Below are positions 11,476-24,190 of a stretch of 64,000 nucleotides of DNA, piece by piece. The stretch comes from Pristiophorus japonicus. Taxonomy: Eukaryota. The DNA lies in NCBI RefSeq assembly GCF_044704955.1, contig NC_091992.1, positions 117,676,001 through 117,740,000 of the forward strand, read 5' to 3'. Each line of letters begins with the position of its first letter. The first letter of the stretch is position 1. The notes beneath the pieces are model-generated. The model ran no database searches. It was not told the DNA's origin and was given only the letters and a program-made list of their open reading frames with translations. Made by a program: the position numbers and the translations under genes.

Positions 11476-12004
11476 ATAAATCACCCCAAAAAATCTGAAA
11501 ATTGGTGTCCTTTTAAAGATGTGTTTTGCCAAACTTTTTGAATTACCTACGAACAAATGATATAATTATATAAACTGAGATAAAAGTCATTGTTGCAGCA
11601 GTTGAACATGAAAGCATTGCGACATAAATGATACACAATTCTTTCTTTAACCCAAACAAGAGAACTTTGCCAACTATTTTTTTTTTAAGATGCTACCCTT
11701 TTATTACAATCCATTTTTCATATTCCTCCTCACTCAGTTTGTTTACATATATTTATAAATAAATACACATCAGGCCAATATGTACTTGTATTTTTACATA
11801 TTTTTTGTCCTTGCACATCAAACTAAGTATAGATGTTAATGAATTCATGTTCTTTATTTCCTGCCAGTTAGTGATTTCTATCTTCACCAATAGAATTGCT
11901 GAATTTTTTGTACTGTATAATTTGCCCCAATTTCAAAAGCACAAATGTATGACCTAATAGCCTAATCTTTATTTCTAAAGGTAACTAAATTTATGGGCCA
12001 AAAT
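11120..12004 (+). repeat. Dispersed ~140-bp direct repeat pair (11120-11259 and 11864-12004)
   Basis: Both copies start CCAGTTAGTGATTTCTA, share AAGCACAAATGT and end GGCCAAAAT. Confidence 0.8.
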
Positions 12005-14333
12005 TAGCCTTAACTGGCTTGGCCTGAATGACTGCATATTGAGTACTTGTGAAACAAGATCACAGAGCAGTGCTTTTATTTTCCCAAAACTGTTGAACAT
12101 AATTTGGGCCTGCACATTTGTTTTCAATATTGACAGGGCATCAGACGGATTTCAGGGTAACTCTGGCAGGATAGAGAAAAGCTCATGCAATTTGTGGTCA
12201 GTATAGGGGAGAGTCTGTTCTGAAGGAGAGGACAACTCACCTGAGGTGATTGACTATAATTGTTCTATTGTGGCTCAACAACACCAGTAATTTACAAGTG
12301 CCAGTAAGTGGCATGAACGCGGTTAAAGCTAGCAATATACGTGCGGTTTATTGTTTCCTACTTGTGCAATTACCACTTGTGCTTTATGAATGAATGATGG
12401 CTTTAGTTCAACATAATACATGTGCACACATAAATAAATAAATGCGTGTACACTGTGCATGTCTGCTTGAATTGTAGAAATCTGCACTAAGTGAAATGGA
12501 AGTACTCAGAGCTGGTTGAAAATGGTCAGAAAACTTTAGCACACAGTTCTGCTCATTAGTCTGAGTGATTTGAATTGAAGATGATAATGGCAGTGCAGTG
12601 GATGAATGTCTGCAGCTATCTTGGTACACTTTATAATGTCTTAACCCCACACAATTATTCTCTGTACTGAAGCTGCTTATCAGTTGGGTGTGGGCATTGC
12701 TGTTTCTCAACTTTGAGAGCAAGTTTTCAATGTGGTTAGGTAGCTTTTGTGGCACTATGTTTGATTTCATAGCATGTACTTGTGTCAGCCATATTGTGAC
12801 TCACCAATGGTCACATTTCACCCCAGAATGAAAGTGAGCTCGGTTCCTGGAGTGCAAAGGCCCCTCCCTAATCCAGGGGCACTGAGCTCGATGAACACTT
12901 CTACTCAGCTTAGACCAGGGTTTAAAACTGGGATCTTTCATGGCCTGTAGGCCCAGCGACTCACTCCCAGTTAATGGGGAATCCCTGCAGTTTCTTAATA
13001 ACTGGGTCTGGTTACTAGCCAGACCTTCTAATGCACAGCAGGAATTCCTTTCACTGAGAAACATGTCATTATAAAGCATTTGAGGGAGGTGGGAGTTTTC
13101 AGTATTTCTAATATGTGCCTGTGCTGGCATGTGTGTGTGTTCTGTACACTTTTATTGATGATCAGCATGCAGTCGTCAGCATGGACAATTTGGGCTATGG
13201 ATGGTTCAGATAATTCAAAGTCATATTTATACTACATTGAACTATCCAACAATTTGAATGTAAATAACACAGCAACATGGGAATTTAGTAATTTCAAAAA
13301 ATTCAATTATGAGATCATTTAAGTGACTTTGCATTCAAGGAAGACTATAGTGTGGGGATACAGATGTGATTTCTTTTATATTCATCTGTAATTTATATTG
13401 CTTCATCCTTCTCTCTTGATCTTTTGCTTCTGTAAAATTTCGGCTACAGGGGAAATAAAATACTGATTCATTAACTTCTTGACCAAACAATAGAAGTTGC
13501 GTATGTTGTGAATCACACCGGGTCTTTTAGTGGGAGTGAAACAGGTCCACAAACAAAATCTTTGCTTTGATTAAAGGAAAATAAACTTGTCGGCACGAGT
13601 ACCTGTTGTTGGTACTGTGAAGTCTTCATGACTTAGAAAAAAATGCTAATATTTATGACATGAGAATCTAATATATACTTTTGTTTCAAATTCCTCTCTC
13701 TGCCATTTTAGTAGAACTGTTAACCTTTTTTTTCCTAACTGGTTAATGTATTTGCAAAAGTAGATGACTTTCAGATGAGCACATTGAAGGGTTGTATGTT
13801 TGTGGCACACTGCTCAACTTCAGGGCTATAGTTTAAAATGTTCTGTCTTGCAGGAGATATTCCCAGTTTTAGAGCTGATTTTCCTTCTTGTGAAAAGATG
13901 CCCTCGACACTGCCGGAAATCATGATGCTTAGGTTAGCTGTGAGAGCAAGAGCAGTGACTGTGGGGAATCCTGCGTGCTGCCATACTTACTATTAAAACC
14001 TTAAACCAGTGAAAATGTGATTGTGAACAGGATATAATTCAGGGCTCCACAAAGAGAAAAAAAACTGGTTTACACTGCGGGACATAGAAAAGTGACTTTA
14101 AAGTGTAATGGTGTTCAGACCTCCTGTGATTTTAGGTCAGAAGATATTGCAGCACCTTGTCCTACTTCTTGACCGCTCCACGTGTTCCTGCCCCTTCAAC
14201 CGCCAAACTCCATTAAGATGACTATTGTTTGCGATGAGAACTCCTTAGTACGTTGTCAGAAGTACAAATCCGCGATTGCCACAGGAGCGGTTATGGTCTG
14301 ACTCATTAATTGTTTTCCTGGGCTGTCAGAACT

Positions 14334-14460
14334 CGGGGCTATAATTAGTGAGAACATTCTGTAACTGAAAGAAATGACTGACCAGATTTCACCAGAACGG
14401 CTATTGATAGCTCCTCAAATGGTAACGAGCGACATCTCATAACACACATTGTGTTGCAAT
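14334..14460 (+). repeat. Unclassified old interspersed repeat, second copy at 22784-22910 (possibly hAT-like end)
   Basis: C(G/A)GGG(C/T)TATAATTA...GAACATTCTGTAACTG shared, with weaker similarity over ~125 bp. Confidence 0.6.
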
Positions 14461-15389
14461 ATTTGCTGTGACAAATTACGGGATCATTTTGTTTGGAGCT
14501 CCGACTCCTGCATTTTGGCCAGTGCACCATATTTCATGCCTGTGTACGGGGCACTTATGAAACCGATGTTTGGTTTGTCAAGCAGCAAAATACCTTTTCC
14601 GAGTCATCTGAATAATCGGAGTAGGTTTTATAAATTCGTGCCTCTCGCGACAGAACTGGTGGTCAGTTCGCCCTGCACAATTTTCCATCTGTTATTTAGG
14701 AAATGGGAAATCACCTGAATTCTTGATAAACGCTCACAAAGCTCTGTGGCCCGACTGCTAATTCATGACGTTTACTCCGTGGTGTGCTTAAGCAAAGTTA
14801 CTTAGTTTAAAAACAAGATGGGGCGGGGTGCATATTTTCTTGTTTTTGAAAAGAATGGTTAACTTTTCGATTTTGTTTTTTCCCTCTGAGACTTGCTGTG
14901 AAAGATGTCCGTTTATTTTGATCTATAACTAGCTAGTTCAGGTTGAACATTGTAATCATAGAAATTGGCAGGATTGAAAAAGTTACGGGTGACGGCATCA
15001 GGACTGAAAGGCACTTGGTGACCTTGTGTGCAATTGGCTAACTAATAAGGAGGAAGGAAATGTGTATGACAGGACGGAAGCCTTTGCAACAGGATTGTCC
15101 CTCACATGGAGCGTGTGGATTAAATGTTCAAAGAGATAGTTATTTCTTTATTAAAATAGGTGCAGCGAGATTATATCAGGACCAGTCAAGCTGCAGTCAA
15201 ATTATTCGTAATTGATTCTTTTAATTCGTATTTGCGTGAGTGCATCTTTAATTTAGATTTCAAGGCTTTCTTAGGTAATGCAATCTGGGATATTGGGGTA
15301 GATTTGCACTGTGCTTATATTAAACTTTGTATTCTTTATGTAATGTACTTTGAAGGTATTGAATAATAGGCTATGCATTATTTAACATG

Positions 15390-16240
15390 AAATCATAGAA
15401 TTTTGCAATAGGAATTTAGGCTATTAGCCCACTCTGTCTATTTGAACTCTCTGAAAGACCTATCCACTTCGTTCTACTCCCTGCATGTTCTCCATAACCA
15501 TTTAATTTTTAGTTCAACCTTTTATTTACTTTCCTTTTAAAAGCTATTTTAGATTCTGCTTCCAGCACCAGGGTCATCTATGCCTAAAAATATTCTGCTA
15601 TACCTTCCCTTCCATCTTTTGCTGACGATTTAGGTTCATGCCATTTTTAGTTATCAGCTCACTGACCAATGGACACTTTCTTTCTGCATTTACCTTATCA
15701 AAACTCCTCAATTTTCAACAACAACATCAGATCGTCTCGTAACCTCTTATTGTCTCATCCGTCTTTCAGATGAGACGTTAAACCGAGGCCCCGTCCGCTC
15801 TCTTAGGTGGACGCAAAAGATCTCATGGCACTATATTGAAGAAGAGCAGGGGAGTTATCCCCGGTGTACTGCCCAATATTTATCCCTCACTCAAATTAAC
15901 AAAAACAAATTATCTGGCCATTATCCATTGCTGTTTGCGGGAGCTTGCTGTGCGCAAATTGGCTGTTGTGTTTCCGACATTACAACAGTGACTTCAAAAA
16001 GTACTTCATTGGCTGTAAAGCGCTTTGGGACATCTGGTGGTCGTGAAAGGTGCTATATAAATGCAAGTCTTTTCTTTCCTTTCCTTGTTATGAAAGGGTT
16101 TCAATTTCTCTAGTCTTCCCTCATAACCAAAGGCTCTCATCTCTAGTATCTCTAGTATCATAGTAAATCTCTTCTATATCCTCTCCATGGTCTTGATGCC
16201 ATACCTAAAGTGCTGGGCTCAGAATTGGACCCAGTATTGT
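15390..16240 (-). mobile_element. Old CR1 fragment interrupted by a SINE
   Basis: ATCATAGAAT tail at ~15392. Decayed CR1 ORF2 antisense (GTAAATCTCTTCTATATCCTCTCC; CAGAATTGGACCCAGTATT) resumes after 16080. Confidence 0.65.
15759..16078 (+). mobile_element. Deu-domain SINE (SacSINE1-like), 5'-truncated
   Basis: GATGAGACGTTAAACCGAGGCCCC...AAAGATCTCATGGCAC...GGGGAGTTATCCCCGGTGT (Deu-like core) and L2-type tail GTAAAGCGCTTTGGG...GCTATATAAATGCAAGTC. Confidence 0.85.
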
Positions 16241-16344
16241 ATGGGTTTAACATTATCCATTGTGCAATGATTGATATAAATTTATTTCTTCATGAGTGAT
16301 GAAAAGAACTTAGTACACATTAGAAAGTCACAAATTGTAGAGAG

Positions 16345-16465
16345 AAAATCAAAATTAGATGCTGGAATTCTGCTGAAAGATATGCACTGGAAACATTAAC
16401 CTAACTTTGATCTTTTCCGATGTTGTTGAATCTATTGTGCATTGCCAGTATTTTTTTGTTTTTAA
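16345..16465. mobile_element. Penelope-like terminal fragments (inverted junction)
   Basis: AGATGCTGGAA (antisense end) joined to TTCTGCTGAAAGATATGCACTGGAAACATTAAC (decayed core). Confidence 0.45.
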
Positions 16466-17904
16466 ACCGTCAATTATTTTGAGATGGCAATAACGTTTGC
16501 AGGGTATTGTGAAATGGTGTGGATGTTTTCGTTTTGTAATGTATCTTATGCATACCACTTTCATGTCAATCAAATTAGAATTATGTTGCAATTATCAGAC
16601 ACCAATAAGAAAATGATTGCTTAATATTCCTCAAATGCTCATTTATTTAACATTAAAACCATTTATTATTTTAAATGTGCTTCTGTTGGTGTCGGGATGG
16701 AAAACTAGTGTAGATTGACAAAGCATGAGAAATAAATCTCTTTGCAAGCTATTATTAAGATGTAAATCATAGATGTAGGTTAGCCATCAATGACTATTTA
16801 GAAATAAAAACTAGTGAGGCATGTATTTTTGCTCTGAATTTACAGCTCTTACTAGACATTTATGAAGAATAATAAACAAGTCTTGCTGTGTGTTGTGGTC
16901 TGTATCACATGGGATCTGTTTTGGGTTCAGGCTGAACGTTAAACTGGTTCCTTGTGTATAATGTAGAAAATAAATGATCCAAGTTCATTACTGCTATTGA
17001 AATTACAGGCTTCCCTTTAAAAAAAATCCCTACATGGTTCAACAGCACAGCCACAGAAACTAAACAACTATACCAGTCAATTGTACCATTTATTTCAGAC
17101 TGATGACATTTATTTTATCTCCTTTTTTGCGAAGATGATTTTCCGATCGGCGTTATTTTTAGCCCATTTAAAATACACGGTTTAATATGATTGTAAAATA
17201 ACACCCAGCAGAAAATTGAGATTCCAATCTTTTCTGCAGCTTTCAAATCATGCTCTTTACTGAAGTTTTAATGTAACAGTTAAAATGCTAATAGGATGGG
17301 CGCGTAAAGGATTTTCTGCAAGGGTATAATGCCAGCAGCCGTATATCGCTGGAAAAGGTGAGGTAACATTTCAGCAAACTGTTCAAAGGAGGTCTGAAAA
17401 TAAATACTGAGTACTGTTTATTTAAAAAAAAATGTGCTCCCAGGATGTGGGCAATGCCAGCAATGTTGCATTTAGTGCCCATCCATATCACTGCAATATC
17501 CATAGCCCCGATTTTAACACCCGGCTGGAACAGGTTGGGTGAGCGGTTAAAATTGCAAAAATGGATTTATCGGCCCATTCCCAGCTGAAGCACCCCCCCG
17601 CCACCAGCCATTTTCACTGCGGAGCTGATTCTGGTTGCAAACGCTCCCACCGTAAAGAGGTGGGTGCCTCGTGAATTAATCCCAATAAGGTCATTTGGAC
17701 CCCAACATGACTTTAACTGGGCGGGTCAGAAGTCCTAGCCAGCAGCAGACCCTCAGTGTGGAACTTCACAACAGTAGCTTCAGAAACTGCGAGCTGCATT
17801 TAAAGAATTACTCATTTGCAGGCACTTTCGAGAATAGTGCATTTCCATGGCAGTTCTCAGCTTCCAGTTTGCTTTCTGGCATTTTTTCCCCTCATTACCT
17901 ACCC

Positions 17905-19450
17905 TCATTAAGCCCAGGAAGGGCTTCCACTTCATCAATTTTCAACTGGTGTGTGAGCACCACAGAAAGATAATGCAAGTCTGCACTAGTTTTGCTGGCA
18001 GCTGCCATTGTTACATCAGACATACAGCACAGAAACAGGCCACTCGGCCCAACCAGTCCATGCCGGCATTTATGCTCCACTCGAGCTTCCTCCCGTCTTT
18101 CCTCATCTAACCCTATCACCATAACTCTCTATTCTCTTCTCCCTCATATGCTTGTCTAGCCTCCCCTTAAATGCATCTATGCTATTCGCTTCAACCACTC
18201 CCTGTGGTAGCGAGTTGTACATTCTCACCATTTTCTGGGTAAAGAAGTTTCTTCTGAATTCCCTATTGGATTTCTTAGTGACTATCTTATATTGCTGGCC
18301 TCCAGTTTTGCTCTTCCCTACAAGTGGAAACACTCTCTCTATATCTGCTCTATCAAAACCTTTCATGATTTTAAAGACCACTATTAGGTCATCCTTCAGC
18401 CATCTCCTTTCAAGAGAAAAGAGACCCAGCCTGTTCATCCTTTCCGAATAGGTATACCCTTGCATTTCTGAGGGTATCCTTGTAAATCTTCTCTGCACCC
18501 TCTCCAGTGCCTCTATATCCTTTTTACAATATGGCGACCAGAATTGAACACAGTACTCCAAGAGTGGTTTAACCAGGGTTCGATACAAGTTTAGCATAAC
18601 GTCACTACTTTCCAATTCTACCTCTCTAGGAATAAACCCTAGTGCTGCTTTGCTTTTTTATGGCCTTGTTAACTGTATTGATACTTTTAGTGATTTGTGT
18701 ATTTGTACTCCCAGATCCCTTTGCTGCTCTACCCCATTTAGATTCTTATTTTTTAAGTAATTAAGTGACCTCCCTATTTTTCTTACCAAATTGTAAAACA
18801 CCTCACATTCATCTGTGTTGAATTTCATTTGCCACTTATATGCCCATTCTGCAAGTTTATTAATGTCGTCTTGTAATTTGTTGCAATCCTCCTCAGTGTT
18901 GAATAACCCTTCCAATTTGGCGCTGCCCGCAAATTTAGAGTCAGGAGTCTAAATTGTTAACATAAATTGTGAACAACAGTGGTCCCGGCACTGATCCTTG
19001 TGGAACACCACTCCCCACCTTCTGCCACTCTGAATGGTTATCCTTCCCCCTACTCTCTGCTTTCTCTCTTCAAGCCAGCTAGCTATCCATTCTGCTACTT
19101 GTCCCCTGACACCGCATTCCCAGATCTGTTCTGTGACACTCCCCACTGTCTGAGGATGTCTGCTCGAGGCCAAGGGTTACCCCCTCCACACCTGGCTGGT
19201 GATTCCCCTCCGCAACTTCATCCCGCCTGAGCAACACGGATACAAAGACAGCTGGGGGACCACCAGGAACATCAAATAGCATACCATTGGCATTTTGAAG
19301 CAAAGATTCAGCTGCTTTGACCGTTCTGCAGGCTCCGTACAATATGGGCCAGACAAAATCAGCCGCGTCATTGTAGTTTGTTGCATTCTGCAGAACCTGG
19401 CAATCCAGAGAGGATTGGAGTTGGAGGAGGTAAAGCAACAACAAGAGGCA
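17905..19450 (+). pseudogene. Harbinger (HARBI1-like, DDE_Tnp_4) transposase pseudogene split by CR1
   Basis: 17905-18010 reads RKGFHFINFQLVCEHHRKIMQVCTSFAGSCH. 19154-19430 reads GCLLEAKGYPLHTWLVIPLRN...GYKDSWGTTRNIK*HTIGILKQRFSCFDRSAGSVQYGPDKISRVIVVCCILQNLAIQRG in one frame. Confidence 0.9.
18012..19120 (-). mobile_element. CR1 LINE (RT C-terminal half to 3' end) inserted in the transposase
   Basis: ORF 18103-18615 LYRTLVKPLLEYCVQFWSPY...LERVQRRFTR...FFTQKMVRMYNSLP; LQDDINKLAEWAYKWQMKFN. Confidence 0.95.
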
Positions 19451-19890
19451 CAAGCGGACAAGGAAGAATAGGATGATGGTGAGCGAGAACTACCAGAAGG
19501 AAGGGCAGTATAACGCATCTCAGCTGGACAGGTCTAGGGAGCAGCTGACAGAGTAGCGTTTTCGGTGACCTCATCAATTCCCTTATCTGAAAAGTCTGAA
19601 AAAGCCCTGCAGCATTAACAATGCTTGTTTCCCCCTCATCACTCCCGTTCAATGTTCTTCAATGCTCACTCAGTCAGCCTCTATGTCAATGACTTTCTGA
19701 CAATACAGACTAAGAAGCTGTAATGAAAAGGAACTCTCAACCAAAGTTACAAATGTAGTAAAGGTGTTGATTTTAATTCCAAACTAAGGCAAACTGCAGA
19801 GAGTTGATACCCTGGGAGATGACCACACACAGGCTGGACTCCTCCATACTTTCAGCCATCATGATGAAACGCCTTGTCATGCATTGCAGT

Positions 19891-20415
19891 ACATAAGAAC
19901 ATGAGAATTAGTAGCTGGTGTAGGCCATATGGCCCCTTGAGCCTGCTCTGCGATTCAATAAGATCAAGGCTGATCTTCGACCTCAACTCCACCTTCCCAG
20001 CTAATTTCATTTCCTTGATTATCCTCGTGTACAAAAATCTGTCTCTCTCAACTTTGAATATAAATGATTCAGCATCCATAGCCCTTTGGGGTAGAGAATT
20101 CCAAAGGTTCACAGCTCTCTGAGTGAAGAAATTCTTCCTCATCTCAGTCTCGATCCCTTATCCTGAGACTTTGCCCCCTAATCTTAGACTCTCCAGCCAG
20201 GTGAAACAACCTCTAAGTATCTACCCTGTCAATCCCCCTCAGAATCTTGTATGTTTCAATGAAATCACCTCTCATTCTTCTAAACTCCAGAGAGAATAGG
20301 TCCATTCTGCTCAAACTCTCCTCATCGGACAACCGTTTCATCCCCGGAATCAATCGAGTGAAACTTTGTTTAGGCATGTATATCCCTGCTCAGACAAGGA
20401 GACCAAAACTGTACC
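19891..20415 (-). mobile_element. CR1 LINE 3' fragment
   Basis: MRKNFFTQRAVNLWNSLPQRA; ACATAAGAAC tail. Confidence 0.9.
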
Positions 20416-20618
20416 TGTCATATATGTATACTCTGCATATACCATGCTGGTACCACTAGAGGGTGCAACTGTGGGAGGCCCAGCAGGAGCTGTATAAAAG
20501 GCTGGTCACCACGTTGCTGCCTCACTCTGCAGTTACAATAAAGAGACTAAGGTTACAGCAGTTCAAGTACAGCACGCGGCATCGTGGTATTATTCTACAG
20601 ATAAGTAGAAGCATATTA
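20416..20618 (+). mobile_element. Solo LTR (Gypsy-like)
   Basis: Starts TGTCA, with TATAAAA at ~20493 and AATAAA at ~20537. Flanked by 5-bp TSD GTACC (20411-20415, 20619-20623). Terminal CA appears decayed to TA. Confidence 0.8.
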
Positions 20619-21157
20619 GTACCAGATATAACTGCTTGTGTGAAGTGAGCAGTTTCCTTCTCATTGCTGGGAAACTGGTCCACATTTCTGTCCTCCTCAG
20701 CAGAGCTCACTCATTCCATGAGCCAGCCAGGATGTCAGTTTCTGTGCTGGTGGTTGGGAGTGATAGAGAACATGATGGTGCCTTCTCAGAAGGATTGTCC
20801 TCCTCTGAGATATCTTCTTCGGGGGTCTGTGGCTGTTGACAAGGATCTAGAGGAAAGAGAAAAGGGACAAAGGTTAAGATAACACTCAGAAGCTGGACAG
20901 TAGCAGATAACAGGCATCATAATGCATTATAATGTAGCCAAGCTATGCAATTGTGCGTTTTTCAGAGGGTCATGAAGGGATGCAAGTAATAGTCAGAGAC
21001 CATGTTAACAGAGCCCCCCAGTTTTGAAATGTCCTCTCTTGACAGCTCTGGAGGGCACTGATCTCCAGCACCTGCTGGTTCAGCTCTGATGTCACCATGA
21101 GATTTGTTGGTTCTCCACCAGCCTTATTGCTCTCCCAGTTGTGCACTGTCTTAGTGG

Positions 21158-21537
21158 TATAAGATTCTGAGGGGGCTTGCCGGGGCAGAGGCAGAGAGGA
21201 TGTTTCCCCTCGTGGGGGAATCTAGAACTAGGGGCCATAGTTTCAGAATAAGGGTTCGCCCATTTAAAACGGAGATGAGAAGGAATTTCTTCTCTCAGAG
21301 GGTCGTAAATCTTTGTAATTCTCTACCCCAGAGAGCTGTGGAAGCTGGGTCACTGAATATATTTAAGGTGGAGATAGACAAATTTTTGAATGATAAGGGA
21401 GTCAAGGGTTATGGGGAGCGGGCAGGGAAGTGGAGCTGAGCCCATGATCAGATCATCCTTGATCTTATTGAATGACGGAGCAGCCTCGAGGGGCCAAGTA
21501 GCCTACTCCTGGTCCTATTTCTTTTGATCTTATGTCT
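21158..21537 (+). mobile_element. CR1 LINE 3' fragment inserted in the Harbinger Myb gene
   Basis: MFPLVGESRTRGHSFRIRVRPFKTEMRRNFFSQRVVNL; CR1 stem-loop tail. Confidence 0.92.
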
Positions 21538-21539
21538 TG

Positions 21540-21711
21540 GCCTGCTCCTTTGAGTTATGCTCCTGGAGCTGGCAATCTCAGAAATTTCTTTCCACCCTGG
21601 TGGACTTGTTTTTTTGGGATCCTCCTGGCACTGGTTGGAAAGGGAACTTTCCTCTTCCAGCAGGACCTTCAGGAAGGCCTCCGAGAACCTGAGAACTTGC
21701 CTACGACTCAT
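21540..21711 (-). pseudogene. Harbinger Myb/SANT-like DNA-binding gene, first exon remnant
   Basis: MSRRQVLRFSEAFLKVLLEE...PPGWKEISEIASSRSITQRS matches the RFS...L.VLLEE / W.EI...S...R pattern. A strong minus-strand acceptor (CTTTGTCCCTTTTCTCTTTCCTCTAG) at 20847 precedes an acidic downstream exon-like stretch. Confidence 0.75.
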
Positions 21712-23086
21712 GCTGAATCAGTTTCTTCCACCAGCACCCAGAAGTGAATGCGACCTTGGTTTAAGAGGTGCATTCCCGCTTTTAATTAGGCCTCTGGCCG
21801 GAAATTACACTCCGGAAGCAGGCAGGCTTCTGCGTAGATCACGACTCGGGTGGAAAACCGGCAAATGATATTATATTGAGGCTCGGGAGTTAAAATGCCC
21901 CAGACCTGTTTTCTGGGGCAGAGGGGAGTTTCTTGTTCGTGCTACTACTCACCCGCCTGGAATTAAAATCGGGACCAGGCATGAGATTTTGAGTTTAGAA
22001 TATCTGTTGTGCTCCTTCATTTGGAAGGTGAGCAGACAAAAGGAAAATACAAAGCGTCTCATTGGTGACTGCTGTAAAAGGGGTAAATCTCAGATCAACA
22101 TCCTCGTAACTGTAGATGAACCATGGAGGGTCTGCTGAGGAGGTTGAAAACTGAGCGTGTGAGCCTGTACTAGAAGTGCGTGCATCCTCAAAAATTGAGA
22201 CACCTTTTAATGTAATTAAAGTGAGATGGCATTCATTCCATGTTAAAATGAAGAACTGTCACTTTCATAAAATCTAATTTGAGTGGTTTAATTTCTGATT
22301 TGAATCCAATTGTGTAATTTGTAAGGCTTTAAGATTACTTTAAAAAAAAAAATTAATTACTTTTGTGAAAGTGGTCTTATGCGTTGCATTGCATCTTGGG
22401 GGTGGTGGTGGCATTGGTTGGGGATGTAGGAGACCTGGCTGATTCAAGCTGCAAGTCTTAAGTATGCAGAATTGCTGGATATTACAGAGAAGGGCAAGAA
22501 TATGGAGTATGAATTTGTGTCTTAATGGTAGCAAGAAATAATCATGTATTACCCTCTCCCTAAACCCACTAAGCGCGTCAAAGGTTTGGAACTGGGGATG
22601 GGCCTGACTGTTGGTGCATGAACATTAGAAAGTAGTTCCAACTGAAAAATAAACCACTGTTTTCCAGTCTACACAAGTGGTACAAACCCAAATGAATAAT
22701 TTTAGTAGAGCACAGGAGAAACCCATGTATCATAAACAATTACCTTAATGGGTTACTTAATAGGACACATTCATAACAGAATTCAGGGTTATAATTAACT
22801 GGAACATTCTGTAACTGGGGAAGTAACCAACCAGTTTTTATTACCGCCACTATTAATACTTTTTTCAGCTACAGAGAACAACACTCCATAAAACGCAATT
22901 TGTTATAATGTAGAAAAGGTACAAAACAGTAGCCATCACAATATGGTGTCAAAGGTACATTATTGTGATTTATGTTGTATTTTCTTCCAGCATTGTTGTT
23001 TTTCCTTGTGGCTTATATACAAAGAGAATCTGTCAAGCTTCACAAGAACATACAGGGGTGCTGGCGATATTGAAAATCACAAAATT

Positions 23087-24025
23087 CACATAATAGACTC
23101 ATGAATAAGGTCAGAGAATGCGCAGTCAGGGGACAAGCAGCAGAATGGATAGCTAGCTGGCTGCAAGACAGAAAGCAGAGAGTAGGGGGTAAAAGGGTAT
23201 CTACTCAGAGTGGCAGAAGATAGGAAGTGGGGTCCCACAAGAATCAGTGCTGGGACCACTGTTGTTCACAATTTATATTAACGATTTAGAATTGGAATCA
23301 AAAACACAATTTTTAAATTTGCGGACAATGCCAAATTGGGAGGGTTGGTCAACACTGAGGAAGACTGCAACAGATTAGAGGAGGACATTAATAATATTGC
23401 AGAATGGGCATATAAATAGCAAATGAATTTCAACACATAAGTCTGAGGTATTACATTTTGTTAACAAAACTAAGGAGGTCACACATTACTTTAAAATACA
23501 AATCTAAATGGGGTTAAGGAGCAAAGGGATCTGGGAGTACAAATACAAAAATCTCTAAAAGTTGCGACGTAGGGTAACGAGGCCATAACAAAAGCAAACC
23601 AAGCACTACGGTTTATTTCTGGAGGGTTAGTGTTGAAAAGTAGAGAGGTTATGCTAAACTTGTATCGAACCTTGATTAGAGCACATTTGGAGTACAGTTC
23701 TGGTCGCCATATTGTAAAAAGGGTAGAGCGGCAACAGACAAGGTGCACAAAGGATTTACAAGGATGATACCAGAACTGCGATGTTATATCTATCAGGAAA
23801 GGATGGCTGGGTCTGTTTTCTCTACAAATGAAGGCTAAGGGGTAACCTAATAGAGGTCTGTAAAATTATGAACGTTTTTGATAGAGTAGACACAGTGTTT
23901 TCACTTGTGAGCAAAACTAGAGGCCATCAATATATGATAGTCACCAAAAAATCAAATAGGGAACTCCGAGGTAACTTCTTTCCACAGAGAGTGGCGAGAA
24001 TGTGGAACTCGCTACCACAGGGATT
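23087..24025 (+). mobile_element. CR1 LINE RT fragment
   Basis: GGGGTCCCACAAGAATCAGTGCTGGG (GVPQ.SVLG) and TTTGCGGACAAT (FAD). Same subfamily as 18012-19120. Confidence 0.92.
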
Positions 24026-24190
24026 GTTTACTTGAACAAATGGCATTAGTTGCTTATTTTATACACCTCTGGCCATCTATTTGGCTCCTGTTGTAGACAT
24101 CCTTGGTACTAGCCTGGAAAGAAATTAAAACATAAACGTTAAAGGCAGTTGGAAACCTTAACAGCCACTAGTGGTGATGTGCTTATGGGG

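Larger units (their letters stand above)
17504..21976. mobile_element. Fossil PIF/Harbinger DNA transposon with convergent transposase and Myb/SANT genes
   Basis: TIR AGCCCCGATTTTAA (17504) / TTAAAATCGGGACC (21976) with subterminal GGGTGAG/CTCACCC. Transposase remnants on +, Myb-like ORF on -. Confidence 0.85.

Noticed and set aside
17905-19450. Domesticated HARBI1 gene
   Set aside because: Bounded by TIRs, catalytic positions lost, in-frame stop and CR1 insertion indicate a dead transposon.
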